Below, one piece after another: positions 1 through 8,972 of a stretch of DNA of 13,048 nt (within the stretch, counting starts at the first letter, position 1; each line of letters starts with the position of its first letter). The notes below the pieces were generated by a model that saw nothing but the letters and a program-made list of their open reading frames with translations, did no database searches and was not told the origin of the DNA. Source of the DNA: Octopus sinensis. Lineage: Eukaryota. The stretch covers positions 1 to 13,048 of the forward strand of contig NW_021826319.1 in the NCBI RefSeq assembly GCF_006345805.1, read 5' to 3'. The position numbers and the translations under genes were made by a program.

Positions 1-24
1 CATGTGTTTTGGAGTCATATATAT

Positions 25-90
25 ATTTAATCGACCCCGAAAGGATTAAAGGCAAAGTCGACCTCGGCGGAATTTGAACTCAGAAATACC
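25..90 (-). mobile_element. Truncated second family A SINE unit fused behind the 91-316 copy
   Basis: Minus strand GGTATTTCTGAGTTCAAATTCCGCCGAGGTCGACTTTGCCTTTAATCCTTTCGGGGTCGATTAAAT repeats the B box and core of the preceding unit. Confidence 0.85.
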
Positions 91-316
91 TATTTCTTTA
101 CTACGCACAAGAGGCTAAACACAGAGAGGACAAACAAAGGGATTAAGTCGATTATATCGAGCCCAGTGCGTAACTGGTACTTAATTTATCGACCCTGAAA
201 GGATGAAAGGCAAAGTCGACCTTGGCGGAATTTGAACTCAGAACGGAACGTAGAGGCAGACGAAATACTGCTAAGCATTTCGCCCGGCGTGCTAACGTTT
301 CTGCCAGCTCGCCGCC
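91..316 (-). mobile_element. tRNA-derived SINE, family A, full-length unit with tail type 1
   Basis: Minus strand starts GGCGGCGAGCTGGCAGAAACGTTAGC (A-box-like) and has B box GAGTTCAAATTCC, core GTCGACTTTGCCTTTCATCCTTTCAGGGTCGATAAATTAAGTACCAG and tail ...TGTGTTTAGCCTCTTGTGCGTAGTAAAGAAATA. Closely similar to 901-1114 and 12043-12292. Confidence 0.9.
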
Positions 317-463
317 ATTTATATAGATATTTCTATTCACATGCACACACACACACACACCACGTATATGATACTAAATTCTATTTTTCGTATAATTATG
401 TTGTATGTAGAATGATGTGAGAAAATATCAAGTTGACGACATTAGGGTTATTAATTTTTCATA

Positions 464-614
464 TCAGTTACAAGATGTAGATTCCGGATCCGAACGCTTT
501 GCATCCAGTTCTGTCAGCTGAAGAGGCCAATTCCAAAGAATGATGAAAGATTTTAAAACTATTTCAAGCATAAAATATGTGATTGCAACAGCTGCCCAAG
601 ATCGTTTATCACAC
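464..614 (-). CDS. Candidate spliced (terminal) exon; peptide with a hydrophobic, possibly transmembrane, stretch; gene not recognised and may be non-coding
   Basis: Strong minus-strand acceptor: about 30-nt pure pyrimidine tract, then CAG (617-615). After one base the frame reads CDKRSWAAVAITYFMLEIVLKSFIILWNWPLQLTELDAKRSDPESTSCN* (TGA 466-464). Complex sequence amid repeats. No partner exon identified. Confidence 0.35.
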
Positions 615-735
615 CTGAAGAAAAAAAAAGAAAAGAAAAGAAAAAATGATCTTAACATATGCAAATTCTATAAAACGTATTATATATTTATTTATTTATT
701 TATTTATTTATTGTTGTTCGTTTCTCGACGAAAAT

Positions 736-874
736 ATCATCATCATCACCATCAGCAGCAGCAACATTATCATCACGAGGTGCGACGAAGATAACGGCCA
801 GCTCTATCACCAGCACCACCACCAGCACCACCAGCACCAGCACCACCAGCACCACCAGCACCAGCACCTCCACC
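736..874. repeat. Compound CAT/CAG/CAC trinucleotide repeat
   Basis: Runs of catcatcat, cagcagcag and caccagcaccac. Confidence 0.85.
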
Positions 875-900
875 AATTGTTTATTATAATTACTGCACAA

Positions 901-1114
901 GGCGGCGAGCTGGCAGAATCGATAGCACGCCGGGCGAAATGCAGCCGTTACGTTTCTGAGTTCAAATTCCGCCGAGGTCGACTTTGCCTTTCATCCTTTC
1001 GGGGTCGATAAATCAAGTACCAGTTGCGCATTGGGGTCGATGTAATCGATTTAATCCGTTTGTCTGTCCTTGTTTGTCCCCTTTGTGTTTAGCCCCTTGT
1101 GGGTAATAAAGAAA
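901..1114 (+). mobile_element. SINE family A, tail type 1
   Basis: GGCGGCGAGCTGGCAGAATCG head, GAGTTCAAATTCC B box, core GCCTTTCATCCTTTCGGGGTCGATAAATCAAGTACCAG, tail ending GTGGGTAATAAAGAAA. Short deletion in the head relative to 91-316. Confidence 0.9.
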
Positions 1115-1306
1115 CAGAATCGTTTGCTCTCCGGGTGAAATGCTTAGTGTCATTTCGTCCGTCTTTACGTTCTGAGTTCAAATTCTACCGAGGTCGACTT
1201 TGCTTTTCATCCTTTCGAGGTCCATAAAATAAGTACCAGTTGTGTTCTGAGGTTGATGTAATTTTCCCAAAAATTTCAGACCATGTGCGTGCCTTCAGTA
1301 GAAAGC
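1115..1306 (+). mobile_element. SINE family A, 5'-clipped unit, tail type 2
   Basis: Starts CAGAATCGTTTGC (mid A box), same B box and core, then a different tail AAATTTCAGACCATGTG...AGTAGAAAG followed by (ATC)n(ATT)n. Confidence 0.85.
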
Positions 1307-1319
1307 ATCATCATCATCA

Positions 1320-1385
<66 letters not shown>
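1307..1385 (+). repeat. (ATC)n(ATT)n microsatellite, SINE tail
   Basis: Direct read; abuts the SINE 3' end. Confidence 0.95.
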
Positions 1386-1602
1386 GTGTGGCGACGTGGC
1401 AGACTCATTAGAGCACCGAACGAAATGCTCAGCGGCATTTCATCCCTCTTTACGTTCCGGGTTCAAATTCCGCCGAGGTCGACTTTGCCTTTCATCCATC
1501 CTTTTGGGGTGGATAAATTAAGTACCGGTGAAACGCCGGGGTCGATGTATTCGACTAGGCCCCTCCCGCCAAATTTCAGGCATTCTGTCTATAGCAGAAA
1601 CG
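1386..1602 (+). mobile_element. SINE family A, diverged unit, tail type 2
   Basis: TGGCGACGTGGCAGA head, GGGTTCAAATTCC B box, same core, tail CCAAATTTCAGGCATTCTGTCTATAGCAGAAACG. Confidence 0.88.
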
Positions 1603-1649
<47 letters not shown>

Positions 1650-1681
1650 GATTATCATTATCATCATCATTATTATTATTA

Positions 1682-1740
<59 letters not shown>

Positions 1741-1789
1741 GTTATCATTATCATCATCATCATCATCATCCTCATTATTATTATTATTA

Positions 1790-1843
<54 letters not shown>

Positions 1844-1948
1844 TATTATTATTATTATCATCATTATCATCATCATCATCATCATCATCATCATTATCAT
1901 CATTATTATCATTATTATTATTATCATTATTATTATTATTATTATTAT
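1603..1948 (+). repeat. Long (ATT)/(ATC) microsatellite, expanded SINE tail
   Basis: About 345 bp of att/atc triplets. Confidence 0.97.
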
Positions 1949-2349
1949 TGCATATACTCTTGCAGATTTGAAGAAATGAGACAAAAATAGAAATAAAATA
2001 CAAAGAAATAGACTACAACCATTTATGTTTCTTTTACCAAGTTTTTCGCTAAAATATGACAAGATGTATTTTTTTCAAAATTTCGCACACGCGAAATAAT
2101 ATCAGAAATAACAAACAGAAAATTGAAAAAGAAAAAAAAAGAAAATGTTAACACAAACATTACAAAACAACCTGTGTTTCAATGCTTCTTCAAAAGTTGG
2201 GCTTTGAGCAAAATAGAGCTCTTGAAGAAATCATTACAAACCATTTGTAAAGACTATCTTTTCCTTCCTGGAATTGATGCCTTCAATCATCTGCTCTTGG
2301 AGACTACTTTTAGATTACATCGCGAAAAGAACCGGTGCTTCACGCTGCC

Positions 2350-2382
2350 ATATATATATAATATATATAGATATATATATAT

Positions 2383-2477
<95 letters not shown>

Positions 2478-2488
2478 AATAATAAATA

Positions 2489-2533
<45 letters not shown>

Positions 2534-2547
2534 TATATATAATATAT
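2350..2547. repeat. (TA)n microsatellite
   Basis: Direct read. Confidence 0.97.
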
Positions 2548-2607
2548 GGGGAGAGATAGATACATAAATAGATAAACAAAAATATATATATATTAGAGAG
2601 AGAGACA

Positions 2608-2635
2608 TAGATAATAGATAGATAGATATATAGAT

Positions 2636-2697
<62 letters not shown>
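2608..2697. repeat. (GATA)n microsatellite
   Basis: Direct read. Confidence 0.95.
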
Positions 2698-3560
2698 GGA
2701 CTGACAGATGGATGTATACATATATTTCTATAAAGACAGATATTTGTAGATAATGTCACATAATTCTAAATTGAACTATGAACACGATCCGGTGCCGGTG
2801 TGTGCTTGAACATGTATGAGTGCAAAGATTTTTGTGTCTGCAAGTATCTATCTTAAATTCTATGTTCTTACATGCATATGTGTTTGTGTAACTCACGCTT
2901 TTTCTCGATCTCTCTCTCTCTATATATATATATATCGTGTATCTATATTCATCTACACATGTCTATGTGAATACATATTTATGCATATATATGTGTGGTC
3001 TCTTTTATATATATATATATATGTATACACACGCGCAGAAACACATACATGCACACAGACGTTGTCAAATTCATGCACACGTCGATGTTGAAATATTTTT
3101 TTGTGCGTGTCTTGAGATCGGTGATTCACTCTTTCACTCGTTGTGTGTGCACGAGTATGTGGTGTTGTGAAGGTGTCTGGTAGTATCACAATTTTGTGTG
3201 TGTGTGAGATCGCAGACATTTTAGGATTTTTTCTAAGTATTTATACGTACATATATATATATATATAAATATAAACACACACATATATATAAATATGTAT
3301 ACATATATATGTGTATTTATGTATGTATATGACACGATGTACTTGTATGTATGTTCTTTTTTCTTTTTAAAGTTATTCAATGTCAGAAAATATGTCAATA
3401 CTAAGTAGACAAGGGGGGGGGGGAATGTCTTGCTTGCATCTGGTCAGGCAACCAGATGAAAGACGTCTGTGTGCTAGTTGTCATAGTTCTCTGTGTTGTG
3501 TGCGCTGCACTTGCGCGTATTTGCCTCAAAATGAAGAAATAAATACATTTCAATGGACCT

Positions 3561-4015
3561 TGTGTGTATGTATGTATGTATGAATGTATCTGTGTGTAAT
3601 GCATATATAATTTTCATATACATGCATACACACACACACACACACCACACACATATATATGTAACATACATAAATATGTATATCGATATAATATAGTGCG
3701 TACACTCACACTCACATGTATATATATATATATATATATACACATATGGACGTACATACATACCGTCGCACACATACATACACACACGCACACACATATA
3801 TATACATATATTCGCACATACATACATACAAACATAATACATACATTCATACAAACATAGAAACATACATACAAACGTAATACATACATATATACATACA
3901 CACACACATATATATATATAGACATTCGCACATACATACAAACATACATACATACACACATAATACATACACAGATACATACATACAATTATATATACAT
4001 ATGTACATACATGCA
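3561..4015. repeat. Degenerate (CA)/(TA)/(CATA) low-complexity tract
   Basis: Alternating purine-pyrimidine repeats; source of the spurious YVCM ORFs. Confidence 0.9.
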
Positions 4016-4188
4016 TAAGCATATCTATGTGAACATTACTGATTTGCACACATTTCCTTTCAGTTTGTGTAGACCCATTTTTATATATTTTCTGTTATTA
4101 ATCCCGCCTCCATTTTATTTATTTATTTATTCATTTTTTGGAATTTACCATTGTAGCATCTTCTCATCTGTCTCCCTACTTGGGATTT

Positions 4189-4229
4189 AATTATGATTAT
4201 TATTATTTCCATCATCATCATCATCATCA

Positions 4230-4276
<47 letters not shown>

Positions 4277-4428
4277 ATTATTACTATTAATTATTATTAC
4301 TACTACTACTATTATTATTATTATTAATATTCTTCTTCTTCTTCTTATTATTATTACCATTATCATCATCATCATCATCATCGTCGTCGTCGTCATCATC
4401 ATCATCATCATCATTATCATCATCATCA

Positions 4429-4480
<52 letters not shown>

Positions 4481-4508
4481 CATTATTATCATTATTTTTA
4501 TTATTATT
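4189..4508. repeat. Compound trinucleotide microsatellite (ATT/ATC/ACT/CTT/GTC)
   Basis: Direct read. Confidence 0.95.
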
Positions 4509-4558
4509 AAGTTGTGATATTTACTGTTTGCTCGTCTGCTGCAGTCACCTCTTCATCT

Positions 4559-4695
4559 CCCACCACCACCACCATAACCACCACCACCACCACCACCACC
4601 ACCACCACCACCACCACCACCACCACCACCACCACCACCACCACTACTACCACCACCACCACCGCCACCACCGCCACCACCGCCACCACCGCCGC
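4559..4695. repeat. (CCA)n microsatellite grading into (CCGCCACCA)n
   Basis: Direct read. Confidence 0.95.
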
Positions 4696-4873
4696 TGCCG
4701 AGGCGTCGACCGGCTGTGCGGTTTCAATCATGTTATATATATGAAAGCATCAACGTGCTCAGATTTAGTCAACAAATGTCAAAATCTCGAGGCAGATTAC
4801 CGACCTCCTCACTTGAAACACACGCATCCACTCTCTTTCGCTCTTTCTCTCTCCCTCACCCAAACACACACAC

Positions 4874-5108
4874 ATATGGCCCTTGGGTGTCTATATAAGA
4901 TTTTGTTGTTAGAATTGTATGTGCAACACAATTGGTAATACTTCTACAATACATAAACAATTCCAACAAGTTTTTGAATAGAATTGTTAATAATATTCAA
5001 TTTAAAAAGATATTATAGAATTTTAAAAAATCGAATGGCTACGAGGGTCAACCCAGATAAAATAGGATTGAAAGGGGTCCATGGTTGAAGAATAGCTCGA
5101 AACCACTG
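4874..5108. mobile_element. Probable hAT (Charlie/MER5-like) non-autonomous DNA transposon fragment, one terminus retained
   Basis: Ends CTCGAAACCACTG (reverse complement CAGTGGTTTCGAG, resembling the CAGTGGTTCTCAA terminus of hAT-Charlie MITEs) with subterminal GGGGTCCATGG and an AT-rich interior. Other terminus and 8-bp TSD not found. Confidence 0.45.
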
Positions 5109-5203
5109 GTTTACAGAACCGCCTTAGTGCTGAGGTGATGGGTTCTACACGAAGTATGGGGTTTCAAGGACATGACAAAATTTGTTTTTAATGGAGTGCA
5201 GAG

Positions 5204-5609
5204 CGTAGAGAAGTTGGCCCGGTCGTACGCCGCTGCAAGCCGCCATGTCGTCCCGTCATCACCGCTATCACTTGACAGCCGGTGGCGGCTGCAGCGAGCC
5301 ACAGGCCATACGCCTCCGGCCTTACACCACCAGCCGTACGTCGCCAGCAGTATGCCGTCGGCCTTATACCGCAGGCCGTACGCTGCAGGCTGTACGCTGC
5401 AGGCCGTACACTGCAGGCCGTACACTGCAGGCCGTTCGTCGTCGGCAATACGCTGCTGGCACGTTACTGTTTCCCGGCAGGCGGAAGCTACCCGAATGTG
5501 TGTGTGTCCGTGTTGTTATGTGCTTCTCGCCGGTAGGTGAGCCCGTGTCCGTCGCTTTTTAGTTGTGTCTTGTCTACCGAAGTGAGTTGAGCAAATCGCA
5601 GTTACTACA
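5204..5609. other. GC/CpG-rich island, possible solo LTR or promoter-like region
   Basis: Sharp GC rise against AT-rich flanks, many CpG. Ends CGTAG... and ...CTACA resemble TGTAG/CTACA LTR termini. No TSD or AATAAA seen. Confidence 0.35.
5301..5468 (+). repeat. 14-bp minisatellite, 11 copies plus 1 degenerate copy, consensus about GCAGGCCGTACGCY
   Basis: Units in exact 14-nt register: acaggccatacgcc, tccggccttacacc, accagccgtacgtc, gccagcagtatgcc, gtcggccttatacc, gcaggccgtacgct, gcaggctgtacgct, gcaggccgtacact (x2), gcaggccgttcgtc, gtcggcaatacgct, gctggcacgttact. Confidence 0.92.
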
Positions 5610-6077
5610 AGTATAGATTTAATAACATTTTTTTAATGGGCACTCTGTCCATGCTCTGACATAGTGTTCAACAAAACTCTATAGAAAGAGAGTGCACATG
5701 TCCTGAATACAACGAGTAAAAGCATTTATCGAAGTCGCATCGTAGAGTCTTGATTGTTAGATACTTTTAACATCATAGTATACTCCACACTTTGCACTGA
5801 AGTTACAGATAAATAGGTTAACTGCTGGAATTACAACACTTAAATTCTTATTTAAATAATACAACAGAAGATTTCTCTATTTGTTTCCGCAGACAGACGC
5901 ACACACCTTCCACAGACCCACGGACGCATTCACACACACACTCCGCGTCCCATACACATGTATATGGACATACACACATACACACAAACTAACACAAACA
6001 AGTACAACCAAGAAAATCTCACCATACTTACGTATACATGATGTGTACATACCCTCTCTTTCTTCTCTTACATAAAC

Positions 6078-6117
6078 ATATATACATATAAATAAGCCTA
6101 CATATATATATATATAT

Positions 6118-6149
<32 letters not shown>

Positions 6150-6267
6150 GTGTGTGTGTGTGTGTGTGAGTGTGTGTGTGTGAGTGTGTGTATGCACTGC
6201 ATACATACATACATACATGTATACATACACTCTTTCTTTCATAGAATCACACATACACGTACGATCA

Positions 6268-6311
<44 letters not shown>

Positions 6312-6325
6312 TACGCGCACACACA
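6078..6325. repeat. (TA)n/(TG)n/(CATA)n microsatellite cluster
   Basis: Direct read. Confidence 0.9.
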
Positions 6326-6896
6326 ACCATTTAGACCAAAGAATCGCCGTCTTCTTGAGAAAGAGAATATATTATAAATGACTAATAGTGTGTGTTTTAC
6401 CGCCGTTAATCTAATTGATTAAAAGCCTTTCCTGTATTTTCTTAATGATTCACCGAATTACTATTGATTGCATTACCGCTCCTTAAACTTCAAGACAATA
6501 TTGTCTCTCTCTTCCTTCAATTAACAACCAAAATTGCTTGCCAGAGATAATGTTTTAACGAGGCAATCATCCGTCTTGAATATATACAAACATCACGAAT
6601 TAATGTGCACTGATAAAGTAGCAAAGATATGATTTAAAATCTTTACTTCATGTTATTTATTGTCTCCATTAACTTGTGGCGTTCCTGGTGTTGAAGGTAA
6701 TCTCTCAATATATTTTCAATAGAAATTATAACCAGTTCTGGTTTTGTTGTGATGTTTTGTATCCGAGACGCCAGATGTAAACAAACAGTGAGGTCGAAGA
6801 CGAAGAAATGAATAATGGCCGAATGTGATATATTTCGGGAGTTTTTGCTCCTTCATCGGCCCATTCTATCTAACCCATTAATGACTTATTACATAA

Positions 6897-7212
6897 AACG
6901 TCGCCCTTTTCAATCCTAGCCAGGCTCATGGGCCCGGTTTCCCGGTTTCTGTGGCATATGTGTCCCTCCTAGCTGGACGGGACGCCAGTCCATCGCAGCG
7001 TTACTCAAGAAACATGAAGAGAGAGAGAGAGAGAGAGAGAAAGTTGTGGCGAAAGAGTACAACAGGGGTCGCTACCATCTCCTGCCAGAGCCTCGTGGAG
7101 CTTTTAAGTGTTTTCGCTCAATAAACACATACAACGCCCGGTTTGGGAATCGAAACCGCGATCCTCCGACAGCGAATCCGCTACCCTAACCACAGGGCCA
7201 TTGCGCCTCCAC
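6897..7212 (-). mobile_element. tRNA-derived SINE, family B, full length with 15-bp TSD
   Basis: Minus head GTGGAGGCGCAATGGCCCTGTGGTTAGG...GGTTTCGATTCCC (A and B boxes), internal (TC)n. Flanked by TGACTTATTACATAA (6882-6896) and TGACTTGTTACATAA (7213-7227), 14/15 identical. Homologous to 11655-11957. Confidence 0.92.
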
Positions 7213-7276
7213 TGACTTGTTACATAACCATTAAATATAGTGTTAAAGGTTACTGGTTATACTAATCTCTCTCTCT

Positions 7277-7740
7277 CTATAAAATTCTTTGTCTGTCTGT
7301 TTGTCTGTTTCCTTTGCATTCTCAAACAACTCGACCAAATCAAATCAAATCAAATTTTAGTATTACATCCTGCGAGTGTCAACAAGTAATTTTTATTTGG
7401 TTAAACTAGTTTACATAATACACAATTACACCATTAGTGTAATTCAATGTTCTGATGATTAACAGAGATCATATTAAATGTGGCCACCCATACTGAATGG
7501 GGGGAAGTGTGTTGTGGGGATGAGGTGTGGGATATTGTACAAATAAAAATTACTTCTCAATTTCTTCGTTGTAAGCGACTGATAGGATGACGGTGGGGGG
7601 GAACGGGGGGGGGCTGTCGTCTCAAATATTTTTTGTGCTGAGGTTTACTCCAATAACTACACATAGGCAGAATTTCAAAATTTTGTCAAACGGAATAAAT
7701 GTTGTGAGGAAAATTTCCCAGGGTTGTCTTCTGCAGAAAA
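7277..7740 (+). mobile_element. Unclassified interspersed repeat, possibly a Helitron/Helentron-type non-autonomous element
   Basis: Begins CTATAAAATTCTTTGTCTGTCTGTTTGTCTG...CTCGACCAAATC, an arrangement typical of Helitron-like short elements (GTCT microsatellite near the 5' end). Internal hairpin AATTACAC-catta-GTGTAATT. Shares blocks with 9790-10010 in inverted orientation. Boundaries approximate. Confidence 0.45.
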
Positions 7741-7769
7741 GATTACTGCTATGCGATTTTTTTAAAAAG

Positions 7770-8180
<411 letters not shown>

Positions 8181-8231
8181 ATTATTTTTATTTTTTATTT
8201 TATTTATTTATTTTTTATTTTTTATTAAAAA

Positions 8232-8394
8232 AAATTTTTTTTTTGTCTTTTCTTCCCTTTTACGATCCTTCTTGATCGAAAACCTACGCCACCCTTTTTT
8301 CTTTTGTTTTTTGTTTTTTTCATCCCCCAAAAGAAAAGCTCTACCTTGTAACTTGTCCCATCTGTGTGCAGCCCTGTGTGGCCAATAAAGAAAC
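8232..8394 (+). mobile_element. Probable 3' UTR end of a 5'-truncated non-LTR retrotransposon
   Basis: T-rich sequence ending GCCAATAAAGAAA then (TATC)n. Its last 41 nt (8353-8393) match the SINE A tail 1074-1114 at 33/41 ungapped, but it lacks any SINE head or core. Confidence 0.55.
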
Positions 8395-8413
8395 TTATCT
8401 ATCTATCTATCTA

Positions 8414-8615
8414 CGTGGCTTTAAGGTTATCTCGAAAGACCTGGCTTGAGGTTCAACCTTCAAGTTGTTCTACAGGGCTTAGAAAAACTGAAAGACCGTT
8501 GCAGGAAGTAAGTAAATCTGAGAGGAGGGGAAATACGTTGAGTGAAACCATAATTAAATGATCCTCCTGTATTTTCTCTTACCAAAACCAAAGAACTTTT
8601 CTGCACCTTTTCGTA
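8414..8615 (+). mobile_element. Decayed Tc1/mariner (mariner-type) transposon 3' end: transposase C-terminus pseudogene plus right TIR
   Basis: With frameshifts reads TWLEVQPSS/FY/GLEKLKDRCRK*VNLRG/YVE* (stop 8543-8545), matching the mariner C-terminal pattern W...QP..FY..GI.KL..RW.KC....G.Y.E. Ends GAACTTTTCTGCACCTTTTCG + TA, like a mariner TIR with TA target. Confidence 0.75.
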
Positions 8616-8625
8616 TAAAACGTAA

Positions 8626-8677
8626 ATATATGTATGTATGTACGTATGTATGTATTTATATGTATGTATGTATTTAG

Positions 8678-8714
<37 letters not shown>

Positions 8715-8721
8715 CTATACC

Positions 8722-8763
<42 letters not shown>

Positions 8764-8793
8764 TATATATAAACACACACACACATACACACA
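8626..8793. repeat. (TATG)n/(TA)n/(CA)n microsatellite cluster
   Basis: Direct read. Confidence 0.9.
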
Positions 8794-8972
8794 TGTACAA
8801 GGGGCGCCGTAAAGAATTCCCGATTATTTAAATAAGTATATTTTAATAAATTTAGTTTAAAATTGAACAAAAATTTGTAGAATGCGTTCTTCTGTTTGAC
8901 GAGAAAAGGATCAGAAGGTCATAGCTGCAATGCCTTTGACCAAAAGTCTGCTCAGTCAGTCTTCACATGGAA

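Noticed and set aside
442-450. TTAGGGTTA telomeric motif
   Set aside because: One and a half units, expected by chance.
2123-2482. Plus-strand ORF KQPVFQCFFKSWALSKIELLKK...
   Set aside because: Non-ATG start, no convincing plus-strand splice sites, runs into (TA)n, and no recognisable domain.
1386-4938. Long ORFs rich in poly-I/Y/H/N/T or YI/CV dipeptides (also 7587-8228 and 10356-11447)
   Set aside because: They are translations of microsatellites that lack stop codons, with no coding signal.
5301-5468. CRISPR-like array
   Set aside because: Units are contiguous 14-mers without unique spacers, there are no cas genes, and the context is eukaryotic.
5111-5562. Five overlapping ORFs as real proteins
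   Set aside because: Explained by a GC-rich, stop-poor minisatellite whose period is not a multiple of three.
8796-8822. TACAAGGGGCGCCGTAAAGAATTCCCG as a mariner left TIR
   Set aside because: Only loosely TIR-like, downstream of the right end rather than upstream, and no transposase sequence follows.
8905-8970. Possible 3' fragment of another interspersed repeat interrupted by SINE C
   Set aside because: Resemblance is from memory only, with no clear second copy in the window to support it.
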